Shown: piece after piece, positions 40,682 to 49,547 of the stretch | How the letters are laid out: each line of letters starts with the position of its first letter | Numbering within the stretch: position 1 is the first letter of the stretch | NCBI RefSeq assembly: GCF_006345805.1 | Contig: NC_043009.1 | Location: 21,142,001-21,206,000 of the forward strand | Origin: Octopus sinensis | Taxonomy: Eukaryota | Reading direction: 5' to 3' | Length of the DNA: 64,000 bases | Notes under the pieces: model-generated | Seen by the model: only the letters and a program-made list of their open reading frames with translations | What the model was told of the DNA's origin: nothing | Databases searched by the model: none | Program-made: the position numbers and the translations under genes

Positions 40682-43600
40682 TTATATCTTTTTCTTTTCT
40701 TTACTTTTCTTTATACAATATTATTTATATCTAATTCTTATTCACACATCATACCTTTTTTATTATTTATATATATATATGTATATTTTTACTTTTATAT
40801 TCATATTTATAATTATTGCATATCTTTGACTTTTTTATATTTATAATTCTTATTTACATTTGCAAATCACATATTGTACCTTTCTTTCTTTTTTCTTTTT
40901 TATTTATTTGTTTATTCTTATATTTTTAATTTTTCGATATTTGACCAGTTTATAGAGTGCTGAGTTTGGTGTCTGGAATGGGATAGCTTACCTCAGGGGC
41001 AGATAGAAGCTCTTTAACCTTGGTTGGTAATCTACCTAGGAGAAGGAAATTTCCAAAATAAAACCTGAGGCCTTGGAAGTTCTTGGCTTTGTCAATTTTC
41101 ATATCAAACCAACAAAAGTCTTCTTGGGCCAAAAGGTGGGGTGCGGGGTGCGGGGCTAGTGCTGTGCAAGCTGCACCCACTGGAAATTATTCTCAATGAT
41201 AATTTCAACAAGAGGCCAGAAAGGCATACTGCACTTACTGCATGTGAGCTCAAGAAATATTTCATTGATAAAGTTGCACTCTCTGAAACTCGTCTCTCTG
41301 GCGAGGGTCAAGTAAATGAACCTACTTATGGATATACTATCTTTTGGAGAGGCCTACCTAAGGGTCAGCGTAGAGAATCTGGTGTTGGGTTTTCTCTCAA
41401 GAATATATTAGTATCCTCCATTGCAGAGCTTCCAAGTGGTATATCTGAACGGATAATATCATGCCGTATTAAACTGACAAAAGGTAGGTTTCTTACCATT
41501 GTCAATATTTATGCACCAACAACGTCCCATTCTGATGAAACTGTAGGACAGTTTTATGATGATCTAGCACAATTATTGGGGTAAGTACCAATTTCTGACA
41601 AGCTGGCCATATTGGGAGATTCCAATGCAAGAGTTGGAAAAGACTGTGTTTCATGGCCTGTTTTAGGTTGACATAGGACAGTTTTCTTCTCCTGAAGCCC
41701 GTTTTCGCCATGTCCACCTTGATTTGGTTGGACCATGGCCTGTGAGTCGCGGGTTCTCATACATTTTAACTTGTATTGATCGCTTTTCACGCTGGTCGGA
41801 AGCTATTCCTATAGCAGACATTTCTGCTGAAACTGTTGCGAAAGCTTTCGTGTCTAACTGGATTTCTAGGTTCGGTGTACCGTCCAGTTTAACCACAGAT
41901 CGTGGTCGACAAATCGAAGAGTTGTCACGAATCCTGGGGATGCATCATATACGCACCACTAGTTACCATCCCGCTTCTAATGGGATGGTGGAGCGTTTCC
42001 ACAGGCAACTTAAGGCCGCGTTGCGTGCCTCACCGTATCCACAGTCGTGGACTGAATTTCTTCCTATCGCCCTGCTTGGATGTCGGACTGCGATTAAAGC
42101 AGACCTTGGTTTTTCTTCTGCCGAGCTCTTGTATGGTACCACACTGGCATTGCCTGGTACGATGTTGGTGCCAGACAAGTCACAGTCTCTTAATTTAGAG
42201 TCTTATGTTGCTCAACTACGCAGATATTTTTCTGCCCTTCCTCCTATGGGCCCCCGACACCAAAATCCTCCTTCTAATGTGCCATCAGATCTTGATTCTT
42301 GGACACATGTTTTTGTTCGTGATGATTCTGTCAAAGGACCTCTTGTTTCTCCTTATAAAGGACCTTTTCGTCTGATTTCCCGCACGCCGAAAGTATTCAA
42401 ACTTGACATTAATGGTCGTTCGGAGACCGTCTCCGTAGATCGTCTTAAAAGGGCGTATTTTGAGGTGTCAACATCTTTTGATGACACTGCTGCTACAACC
42501 ATCGTTGAACCTTTACATGCACCTTTGACAACACCACCATTTACACATGCACCTTTATCAACACCAACATCGGCAACACCACCTTCATTGTCGCAGCCCG
42601 CCTCGAAGAAACCTTATGTTACGAGGTCAGGCAGAACTGTTCACTGGCCAAAGAAACTTTCCAAGACTATTTATATTTGACATTCTCAATTGTGTTCCCA
42701 GTGACAGTAATGATACTTATTGAACTTTGTTCATTTGAGTATTTTTTTTTCCTTTTGGTGCATTCTTATTTATATTGTAAATTTTGTTTTGATTTGTCAT
42801 ATTGTGTGCCATACATATGTATATTTTTTTTTGGTGATTTGGTAACCACCTTATTTTCTGAAGCTACTACAAGGAATTTTGTTTCATGCTTCCGCACTCG
42901 AGGGGGAGCCTTTGTAGTGACGTCATTTCCCAGTGTGCGTGTGCGGAACGTCATTCTTCGGTGTGTGTGTGCGGGGCTGGAACCTTCTGGAAAGGCCTAA
43001 GGAAGTTCCCTCATGCACATACACTAGAGACTGGGAAAGAAAATTCTATTGTGTTCCTTGTTAGCGTTGTTGACTTGAGACACGGTTATTGAAGAGAAAG
43101 GACGTGTTAAACGTGTGAACAGCCTATTCTCCTGTCCCAGACGCTTAGGATTTGACCTGCTCTGTTGCTGCTGAATTAATTGTGAGGTTTATCTTACAAA
43201 TGTTAAAATTCAGCCTTGCTATATCGAACCAAGTGGATACCAATATACCAACGTACTTCTTTTGTAAATAAGAAAATAAAGAGTTATATATATTTTTAAG
43301 GTTGCGTTCTTGTTCCTGACTGGTAGTTTCTGGAAACTAAATAAAGGAAATTGGTTGCACCCAAACAGTGTAAAGAATCAACCAGTTCCATTACACATGC
43401 ATTCATGTATGTATATCCATTTACCATGTTGGCATGGGTTGCATGGTTTGACAGCAGCAGGCAGGCCGGGTCCCCATCCTGTTCCATAGTCTGACTTGGT
43501 TTTTATAGCTGGGGGCCCTTCCTAACAACCAACCACTTCACTGAGTGCACTGGGTGCTTTTACAGGGCACCATCACCAGTGCTTTTTACACGGCACCTTG

Positions 43601-45395
43601 GATTTAGGATCCCAATTCTGTTGTGGTGGGCAGGTCTTCTCAAGTACCGCAATTAACCACATATCTTGGTCCTCTGTCATGTCCTTCATAGGGTTCAGCA
43701 TTTTGAGATTGACTTTCAATGCTTTGTTCCATGTCTTCCTGTGTCCCCCTCTTCTGCAACTTCCCTTCACTTTAAGTGATCAACACTTCTTTATGCATCT
43801 ATCTACATCCATCTGCATCACATGACCATACCAGCACAGTCTCCTCTCTTGCCCACTGCATATAATTCCCCTTATGCCCAACTTTTCCCTCAATACACCA
43901 ATGCTCTGTCACACATGCACACTGACATTGCACATCCAACAGAGCATACCACCAGCTTTGTTCCTCTCCAGCCTTCACGTGCTCTCTGCATTCAGCACCC
44001 ATGTCTTACTACCATGCAGCATTACAGTTGATACAATGCATCATACAACCTTCCCTTCACTTGAAGAGAGAGAGGGACCTTTGGTTGCCAACAGAGGTAA
44101 AAGCTCTCTGAACTTACTCTATTCTATTTTTATTTTAGCAATTATACTTTCTGTACGATCTCCTCCACTGTTTATCATGTCACCTGGGTGGCAAAAGTTA
44201 TCTGCAACTTCCAGAGAGCCACTGGGACATTTAAGCAAATCAGTTTCCTGTGCATCTGTGATCTTTATGGTTCTTGTTTATCTCCCACATACAAACACTA
44301 GTTTCTCTGTTGACCTTCCTACTATTCCACTAGCATTGCTTGTGTGTCAATAACTTGCACTGGGTACAGTGACTGTAATTTCTGTCTACATATTGAGCAT
44401 GGCCATCTACCAGAAGGGTCAAGGGTCAAGGGTCTGATTTCTGGCTTACAAGGATCTTGGTCTTTGCTAAGTTGACTTTAAGATCTGTTTCCACACCTGG
44501 AATTTCTTTTCTAATTCAATTACAAATTCTGCTGAGAGCAAGATCATCAGCATATATTAGTTTCCAGTCTGAAATTCTTCTGTTATGTCCTGGTGGATGA
44601 TGATGAATAGGAGGGGACTGAGGACCAACCTAGGTTGACATATCACTGTACCCATGGCCAACTCTTTACCTTACTATCAGCACCCCTGTATATGGCCTGT
44701 ACTGTCTTCACAAGCCATTCATCTATCCCAAGCTTCCTCAGAGACCACCATATCATAGAACAAGGTACACTGTTGAAGGCTTTCTCGAGATCAACAAACA
44801 CCAAGTAGAATGGCTTGTTCTTTGTTCTTCTCCTGCAGTTGCCTGACTATGAAAATAACATCTGTCATGCTTCTCCCCGGGACAAAGCCAAACTACGTTT
44901 CATTCAGTTTAATTCTATTCCTAATTAATTGAACTTTAATTCTCTCTACAAATTTCATCACCTGGTCCAGTAATTTGATGCTTCTATAATCACTTCTAAG
45001 GCATCTTCCTTGCACTCGCAGATGCTTGCCACACTAGTCACTGGAGATTACACTCTCCTGAATAACCTGATTAACTCTATGGGTGACTAGACTGTCTCCA
45101 ACTCTACCAGATATCTTAGGCATGCTGGCAGTGACTCCTGATGGACCAGGGCCTTCCTTTAGACTGTGGTCATGCTGGGGTACTGCCCTGAAGGGTTTTA
45201 ATAGAACAAATTGCCCCCAGTATTTATTTTCAAGTTTGGTACTTGTTCTCTTGGTATTTTTTGCCAAACTGCTAAGTTAACACTGGTAAACAAACAAACC
45301 AGTTATTAAGTGGTGGTGGTGGTAGGGGGACAAACACAAAAGCACACACTCACACCCACACATACACAAATATTATAAGTATGTGTATATATATA

Positions 45396-45476
<81 letters not shown>

Positions 45477-45850
45477 GCTGCATTTGTTGAGTAACAGTTT
45501 GGCTGCTTGTTTCTCTGATGAGAACCCAATAAGGTTTGAAAATCAATTAAGGTTGTTCATCATTTTTTCAGTTTGTGAAGAAATGGCTGAATTTTGCCCT
45601 GTCTATAATTATATCATATGTTATATACATTCCTTTATTCTTTTACTTCTTTCAGCCATTTGACCGAGGCCATGCTGGAGCACCACCTTTAGTCAAACAA
45701 ATCAACCCTGAACTTATTCTTTGTAAGCCTATCGGTCTCTTTTTCCAAACTGCTAAGTTACGGGTACATAAACACACCAACATCAATTGTCAAGTAAGTG
45801 GGGGTGGGAGTGGGGATGGACAAAACACAGACACGGAAATATATACATAG

Positions 45851-45897
<47 letters not shown>

Positions 45898-46265
45898 GGG
45901 AGAATTCACAAAAAAAAAACAAAAACGAAAGATGAAGACAGGTGGTGTAGACAACAAACAGATGTATTAGTTTAACGCTCGGGAATTGAAAAAGTCCTTA
46001 ATGTTTCGAGCCTATGCTCTTTCACAGAAAGGAACACAGAAAGAAACAAGGAGAGAAAATAAAGAATGTGTAGTGGCTAGCGATCTATCATGGTGAATGA
46101 CAGACAGAAGGATCACACAGGAGAGCTAGGAAGAAAGGGAGATAATAAAGTAGTAGTGATCCCAAAATGAAGGTGCGCATGCATGTGTATAAGAGAGTAT
46201 GTATGTGTGTGTGGAAGAGGGCTGATGACCTTGATGTGTGCATGTGTGTATGTGTAGGTGTGTGC

Positions 46266-46324
<59 letters not shown>

Positions 46325-46964
46325 CAAGTTTTTTTGAGTTTCTGTATACCAAATCCACTCACAAGGCTTTGGTTGGCGCAAGGCTATAGTAGAAGACATT
46401 TGCTCAAGGTGCCTTGCAGTGGGACTGAACCCGGACTATGTAGTTGGGAAGCAAGCTTCTTACCACACAGTCACACCTGTGCCTATATATGATGGGCTTC
46501 TTTCAGTTTCTCTCTGGCAAATCTACTCACAAGACTTTGGTTGACTTGGGGCTATACTGGGAAACACTTACCAAAGGTGTCATACAGTAGGACTGAACCT
46601 GATAGCATGTGATTAGGAAGCAAACTTCTTACCATACAGCTACACCTGTAAATTTAACTGATTGATGACATCTGATTGAAGTCGACATTTATGACGATGA
46701 ACATTGAAGGTGAAGAAAATAATCCACAATACAAAAAAATATCAAAACAACTATATAAAATATATAAAATGAACTTATATAGATAGTAAGAAAAACTATT
46801 TTTAAAAGCCCTTATATATTTACTCTGTTGGCAATTTGGTCCCATGTAGCTGTTTTCACATACTGTTCCGAGGCATACTCCTGTATCTGTGTCACATGAT
46901 GCAGATGACTTACAATGACATTTGGACTTACAGAACATACCAAATTTATTCTTTGGGCATTGAC
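2934..46964 (-). CDS. Partial multi-exon gene: multiple EGF-like-domain cell-surface protein with a galactose-binding-like/FTP-like domain (MEGF10/11-, SCARF- or receptor-PTP-ectodomain-like)
   Basis: Ten exons (46824-46964, 32500-32688, 28615-28818, 25378-25512, 15425-15562, 13538-13675, 8314-8451, 7881-8018, 5899-6036, 2934-3071), all AG/GT-bounded and phase 1-1. They join without stops into 499 codons with repeated C..x.YG..C...C...C....C....G.C..GC..G(Y/W).G..C units. 5' and 3' ends are not defined in this window. Confidence 0.9.
5899..6036 (-). CDS. EGF-like repeat exon (138 nt)
   Basis: tttcag|CT TGT...ACA G|gtttgt; [45 protein letters not shown]. Confidence 0.92.
7881..8018 (-). CDS. 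EGF-like repeat exon (138 nt)
   Basis: tctcttgcag|CC TGC...ACC T|gtaagt; [45 protein letters not shown] (not in the ORF track in this frame). Confidence 0.93.
8314..8451 (-). CDS. EGF-like repeat exon (138 nt)
   Basis: ttttacag|AA TGT...TCA A|gtaagt; [45 protein letters not shown]. Confidence 0.93.
9243..9960 (+). mobile_element. tRNA-derived SINE interrupted by a second SINE
   Basis: Head TAGCTGTGTGTTTAAAAGTTTGCTTCCC...GGGTTCAGCCCC with A/B-box-like motifs, a CCAAAGCCTTGTGAGTGGATTT core shared with many copies, an internal TA tract carrying the 9448-9743 insertion, and a tail to about 9960. Confidence 0.65.
9448..9743 (+). mobile_element. tRNA-derived SINE with well-preserved pol III boxes
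   Basis: GAGGCGCAATGGCCCAGTGGTTAGGGCAG (A box) and GGTTTTGATTCCC (B box) followed by a non-tRNA body; flanked by TA/TG microsatellite. Confidence 0.8.
12105..13310 (+). mobile_element. Helitron Rep-helicase fragment (PIF1-family helicase), disrupted
   Basis: [13 protein letters not shown] (Walker A), [32 protein letters not shown] (Walker B), [37 protein letters not shown]...CNGTRL; stop at 12583 and frameshifts near 12850 and 13090. Confidence 0.92.
13538..13675 (-). CDS. EGF-like repeat exon (138 nt)
   Basis: tttctag|TC TGC...GCC A|gtaagt; [45 protein letters not shown]. Confidence 0.93.
14164..14600. mobile_element. Possible hAT-type MITE
   Basis: Degenerate inverted ends CAGCACTGGATTAACC / GTTAATCCACCCCTA, with internal GGGGGCACCA repeated near both ends. 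Confidence 0.35.
15168..15352. mobile_element. MITE with ~60-bp terminal inverted repeats
   Basis: GGCGATCTTACGGTACAAGCACCATAACT...CCACGTGGGTTTGTTTACATTT mirrored by AAATGTAAACAAACACACGTGG..AGTTATGGCACTTGTACCGAAAGATCGCC; TTAA at the left end. Confidence 0.75.
15425..15562 (-). CDS. EGF-like repeat exon (138 nt)
   Basis: aattgtag|AA TGT...AGA G|gtaaag; [45 protein letters not shown]. Confidence 0.93.
16675..19291 (+). mobile_element. RTE-clade LINE, 5'-truncated, APE endonuclease plus RT, with 9-bp TSD
   Basis: [37 protein letters not shown] (APE); [21 protein letters not shown] (RT); tail CGACTGAACG(GATA)n. TSD ATTCACTTG at 16666-16674 and 19292-19300. Stops at 16902, 17838 and 17937, a frameshift near 18570, and an apparent internal deletion near 17840. 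Confidence 0.95.
19830..19843. promoter_or_regulatory. Candidate RFX X-box
   Basis: GTTGTCATGGAAAC matches GTTRCYATGGNAAC-type X-boxes, in a relatively CpG-rich stretch not assigned to any repeat. A motif match only. Confidence 0.3.
19994..20179. mobile_element. Short inverted-repeat module (Penelope-like terminal derivative or MITE)
   Basis: 29-bp arms at 19994-20022 and 20151-20179 with 1 mismatch; encloses the hammerhead-like motif at 20076-20122. Confidence 0.75.
20076..20122 (-). ncRNA. Candidate minimal type-I hammerhead ribozyme, G3-C8 core variant
   Basis: CGTCA|GTGAACA|C|GTTGT-agtctcaaa-GCGAC|GAA|AATATT|T|TGGCA: stem I, 7-nt core, stem II, GAA and a palindromic stem III. Confidence 0.55.
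21090..21960 (+). mobile_element. Decayed hAT transposase (ZMYM1/hAT19-like)
   Basis: Fragments [31 protein letters not shown] and [26 protein letters not shown]; numerous stops. Confidence 0.75.
23855..25060 (+). mobile_element. CR1/L2-clade LINE, 5'-truncated, RT C-terminal half plus 3' UTR
   Basis: [64 protein letters not shown]. One in-frame TGA at 24648, then the same frame continues; (ATT)n tail near 25045-25058. Confidence 0.93.
25378..25512 (-). CDS. EGF-like repeat exon (135 nt)
   Basis: ccattcag|AT TGC...ACA A|gtaagt; [44 protein letters not shown] (absent from the ORF track). Confidence 0.92.
25650..26800 (+). mobile_element. RTE-clade LINE 3' part with 3' UTR
   Basis: [57 protein letters not shown]; tail CATTAGGAAGGGCATCCAG..GTAGAAAC shared with SINE tails. 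Confidence 0.85.
28165..28384 (-). mobile_element. tRNA-derived SINE (related partial copies near 29860-30020, 31790-31980, 61200-61570, 61630-61850)
   Basis: Minus head GGCGGTGAGCTGGCAGAATCGTTAGC...GTTCAAATTCC and the shared core CTTTGCCTTTCATCCTTT..GGGGTTGAT.AAATAAGTACCAGT. Confidence 0.75.
28615..28818 (-). CDS. Galactose-binding-like/FTP-like domain, second exon (204 nt)
   Basis: ttttcag|AA TTA...GGC G|gtaaat; [24 protein letters not shown]...[22 protein letters not shown], ending in the typical L.LCEV motif. Confidence 0.88.
30205..30450. mobile_element. Foldback-type MITE with ~15-bp subterminal repeats
   Basis: Units like TTTGAAAATAATTGTT / CGAAAACAATTATT repeat on the left and their complements (TTTTCAAATAATTG, TTTCAAACAATT) on the right. 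Confidence 0.5.
32500..32688 (-). CDS. Galactose-binding-like/FTP-like domain, first exon (189 nt)
   Basis: ctttgttactag|GA AAA...ATA A|gtaagt; KIVPKY...LSVVFDGN...HCYHT...[14 protein letters not shown], matching the A.DGN..C.HT..W...I..V.IY pattern. Confidence 0.88.
34745..35280. mobile_element. Inverted-repeat (MITE/foldback) element
   Basis: ~80-bp arms: GCCTTCAAGCAAGGCTATCCACATTCTAGAAATAACAGCCAAATCTCACAAAACTGCGAT vs ATCACAGTTTTGTGAGATTTGGCTGTTATTTCTAGCATGTGGATAGTCTGCTTGAAGGC. Confidence 0.75.
35660..36345 (+). mobile_element. Non-autonomous HINE/DINE-like element with internal head duplication (second copy 59380-59780, minus)
   Basis: Head TTATTACCCTCCGCCAAGGAAGGAGGTTATGTTTTC...GTCCGTCTGTCCG, repeated at about 36217; tail CTTGGTGGAGGTCTGC..TGCTTTTCTTGTT, partly complementary to the head. 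Confidence 0.65.
36400..37080 (+). mobile_element. Possible very decayed piggyBac transposase 3' remnant
   Basis: Weak RK...W..K and Cys-rich C-terminal-like fragments only. Confidence 0.25.
37130..37341. repeat. TA-rich minisatellite/microsatellite
   Basis: Four units of ATGCTGTGTGT(AT)n..AGTATATATATATACT(A)AAT with variable TA lengths. Confidence 0.85.
37342..38240 (+). mobile_element. Non-autonomous Helitron/Helentron-like element with duplicated 3' module
   Basis: Head ACTAGCAGTATCGTCCGGCGTTGCTCGGGTTTG. The module AAATCGTAGACTCATCGTAGACGCGCGCTAATACCCAG...GGAGACAGAC..ACAACTTCACTT.TATATAT occurs at about 37540-37705 and 38065-38240. Confidence 0.7.
38330..39140 (-). mobile_element. Decayed Gypsy-type integrase core plus C-terminus
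   Basis: [80 protein letters not shown]. Confidence 0.85.
39141..39280 (-). mobile_element. RTE-type APE endonuclease fragment
   Basis: [28 protein letters not shown], the G..N.NG..L..FC....L.I.NT motif of LINE APE domains. Confidence 0.8.
39307..39715 (+). mobile_element. Non-autonomous Helitron/Helentron-like element, same family as 37342
   Basis: Same head (ACTAGCAGTATCACCCGGCGTTGCTCGGG) and same tail module. Confidence 0.7.
40465..40630. repeat. Short interspersed repeat, probably Penelope-like terminus (second copy about 45895-46093)
   Basis: The two copies align (GAAGGCAGGTGG..AAACAAACA..TGTATTAG..CGCTC.GG..GTCTT..CGTTTCGAGCCTA.GCTCTT..ACAGAAAG..ACACAGAAA.GAAACAAGGAGAG); both are flanked by TA tracts. 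Confidence 0.7.
40546..40583 (-). ncRNA. Candidate minimal hammerhead-like motif
   Basis: TCTTT|CTGTTGA|A|GAGC-gtag-GCTC|GAA|ACGT|A|AAAGA; stems I and II are perfect and stem III is palindromic, but the core has U in place of A6. Confidence 0.45.
40945..41672 (+). mobile_element. RTE-clade LINE 5' UTR plus N-terminal APE endonuclease
   Basis: [61 protein letters not shown]. Confidence 0.88.
41672..42680 (+). mobile_element. Gypsy-type integrase core and C-terminus, largely open frame
   Basis: [55 protein letters not shown] (DDE core), [15 protein letters not shown]. Confidence 0.92.
42901..43300 (+). mobile_element. Polypurine tract and probable 3' LTR
   Basis: AGGGGGAG at 42901 followed by TGTAGTGACGTCA at 42913; AATAAA near 43275; right end not fixed. 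Confidence 0.55.
43520..45040 (-). mobile_element. Decayed RTE-clade LINE RT and 3' part
   Basis: Minus frames give ...[57 protein letters not shown]. Confidence 0.85.
45370..45475. repeat. (TA)n microsatellite; other long tracts at 46268-46321, 49978-50022, 63044-63106
   Basis: Direct reading; these generate the IYIYIY ORFs in the track. Confidence 0.95.
45995..46033 (-). ncRNA. Candidate minimal hammerhead-like motif, more degenerate sister of 40546
   Basis: TCCTT(T)|CTGTGAAA|GAGC-atag-GCTC|GAA|ACAT|T|AAGGA. Confidence 0.3.
46330..46650 (-). mobile_element. Two tandem tRNA-derived SINE heads (further copies about 16130-16240, 20707-20820, 49040-49200, 49320-49470)
   Basis: Minus AGGTGT.GCTGT.TGGTAAGAAG.TTGCTTCC.AA..ACAT...GGTTCAGTCCC followed by the GCAA.TGTCTTCTACTATAGCC core. 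Confidence 0.75.
46824..46964 (-). CDS. N-proximal EGF-like repeat exon (141 nt)
   Basis: ccccgtttttcag|GT CAA TGC...CAG A|gtaaat; [46 protein letters not shown]. Confidence 0.92.
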
Positions 46965-47350
46965 CTGAAAAACGGGGAAAAAAAAGAGAACAAAATAAAT
47001 TAAAATAGCATATTAAGGTTGCAAAGTTTAATTACAGCTTAATATATTTAATGAATGGATCACTAAAAATGTTTAGGTGGCAAGAAAAACAATATTAGTC
47101 AATAACTAATATTTGTTTTGAGTAGCTATTGAACACAGAAGACAACAAATCTGGATATATTCCTGCCTTATTTTAAAATATAGACTTCATGGTCATTATC
47201 TAAGTAGTTATGAGAGAATCAGTATATATATATTTATATATATATAAAAAAAACAAACCAAGGATTTGTTAGAGAATAAAGAACTGTGATAAATAGGTAA
47301 AGTTAATGCAGATATATTTAATACAAAGATCATCATAAAGCCATCAGGTA

Positions 47351-47554
47351 ATATTCTGTTGTGTCTGGGGAGAGTTATTTTCTTTTTGCGCCTTATAATG
47401 TAACACACTCACTGGTAAAATTTCCACTTTTTTCTTATTTTTATTTTCCTAAAATTTTCGTTGCGTCTTGCAACCTTTTCAATAGGTTTGACTCTGTCCG
47501 TTATTTATTATAAGGCATAAAAAAAAATTATTCTCCCCAGACACAACAGAATAT
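47351..47554. mobile_element. Short inverted-repeat module enclosing a hammerhead-like motif
   Basis: ~49-bp arms at 47351-47399 and 47507-47554; the outer 23 bp are perfect (ATATTCTGTTGTGTCTGGGGAGA). Confidence 0.8.
47448..47486 (-). ncRNA. Candidate minimal type-I hammerhead ribozyme, U3-A8 core variant
   Basis: CCTA|TTGAAAA|G|GTTGC-aagac-GCAAC|GAA|AATT|T|TAGG; stems I and II are perfect and stem III is palindromic. Confidence 0.55.
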
Positions 47555-48995
47555 GCTTCAACACATGAACTCATATAAAGAATCTTGCAAACCAAATCCA
47601 AAAACGAAATATCAGGTAATAGTTATGTGATAATGACAGACAAGAATTATTGTTATATTATTTCAGTAAAACTGGAAGACAATCTGAATAAATAAGATCT
47701 CATTGGAGAAGCAAGTACTGCCCTGTATTTACCAAAGTTGTGATGGAAGATTCACTGGATAAATGCTTATATAATGTGTACATGTGTACAAGAATGTATA
47801 CTGGTTAGTGTAAAATGGACAAGAGTGGATTAATTTGCATAAAGAAATATAGAACATGAAAATATTTATTCTTTTAAAGCAGGCATAACTGTAAGATCAT
47901 GATGGTCTTGTAACTACTTGTTCAATAGTACTGCTTAGCTTTTTGGACAAGTGTGTCCTAATTATAAGGTTTGGGTTAACCAAAGCTTTAAAACTGGAAT
48001 ATGATGGATAGAAACTGTGTCCAAAGCTATCGCATGTGGATGTGCATGCAGAGCGTATGTATGTAAATTAGTGCATCAAGTTACCTCCAAAATTTTATAC
48101 CAAAAGATAAATGAGTCATTGATCTGCTTGACTCACACGAGCAAAAGGATAAAAGAATGTGTTTTGTACATTATTTTAGAAAAAAAATGGTCAATCATTT
48201 GGCTGCCAGACCACTGCCACATGGCCAGATTCTTATTGTGTGTTTTTGTTTGTGAACAGTAAGAGTAAGCAAGGTTAAAAGGCTAAAGATTAAAATTGTA
48301 ATTCTTGGAAACGGAGAATTTATAGAAGTGTTTTATTGTTCTCATTGTTAATAAAAATGGAATCTACTTCTTCACTTCAACATTAAGATAGTTTGTAGTA
48401 GGAGATGCATCATAAAGGAACAATTTCCCAGTTGTGCATGCACAATGGATTTCTTACATGTTCACAAATTAGCTTGTTGTCACTAGGTGTCAGTAATATA
48501 CTGGGATTAGTTCCAATTTGCTCTTCCCTCTCCAAAATTATATTTTGAAATGAATGTATTAATGCTACAGCAATTGAAATGGTTTCATTTACCAAATGGT
48601 TGTTGTTTAGCCTCAAAATTCACCTGAATTAAACAAACACAAATGGTAGCATGGTATGCAGAATCGATTAGCTTTGTAAAAGAATAAAACTGGCAGTAAT
48701 TGAGCTGTTATTGATTGATGAGTGTTATGACAAGTGGTAAGCAAATCCAATGACACAGTCTTCAGCATTACAATATAAATACAACTAATAACTGGTATGT
48801 ACAGTGTAAATGAATATTTTGTCTTTTTGTTTCAGTTTCAGTCATTAGACTGTGGCCATGCTGGGGCACTGCCTTGAAGAATGTTAGTTCAATGAATCAG
48901 CCCAGCCCCAGAATGTTTTTCTTTAAAGCTGGGAACTTATTCTATCAGTCTCATACAGGGACATAAACACACCAACACCAGTTGTCAAGCAATGG

Positions 48996-49027
<32 letters not shown>

Positions 49028-49505
49028 TCACTTATATATGATGAGCTTCTTTCAGTTTCCATTTATCATATCCACTCACAAGGCTTTGGTTGACCTAAGG
49101 GGTTTAGTAGAAGACACTTGCCCAGGGTGCCAAACAGTGGAACCAAATCCGAAACCATGTGATTGGGCAGCAAAATTCTTGCAAACACAACCCTGCAACT
49201 ACTGTCAGTTCCATAACTCGTTACATTCGAAACTAATTCATCCCAAATCTCCAACATCTCATCAAATGTTCAAAATCGTTCATCACACACACACATATAT
49301 ATAATGATGGTCTGATGGGATTCTTTCAGTTTCCATCTACCATATTTACTCATAAGGCTTTTGTTGACCTGGGGCTAGTGTAGAAGACACTAGCTGAAGC
49401 TGCTGTGTTGTAGGACTGAGCCAAAGATCACATGGTTGGGAAAGAAGCTTATTACCCACACTGCCACACCCTATACATACACACACACAGTCACACATAC
49501 ATACA

Positions 49506-49537
<32 letters not shown>

Positions 49538-49547
49538 ATTGCCAACC

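Noticed and set aside
40194-40846. Long ORFs rich in [10 protein letters not shown] (also 46088-46492, 49784-50023, 60804-61268, 62870-63115)
   Set aside because: Translations of (TA)n, (CA)n and (TG)n microsatellites; no coding signal.
47729-47756. 22-nt AG/GT-bounded micro-exon as the link between the candidate signal-peptide exon and exon 46964
   Set aside because: Its length does not give the required phase-1 end.
48280-48620. KIVILGNG...IYWD...KLYFEMNVLML on the plus strand, reminiscent of a small GTPase; also minus ORF 48410-48616 as a possible exon
   Set aside because: No GxxxxGK[ST] or DxxG motif, several stops and wrong spacing; the minus ORF has no in-phase splice sites.
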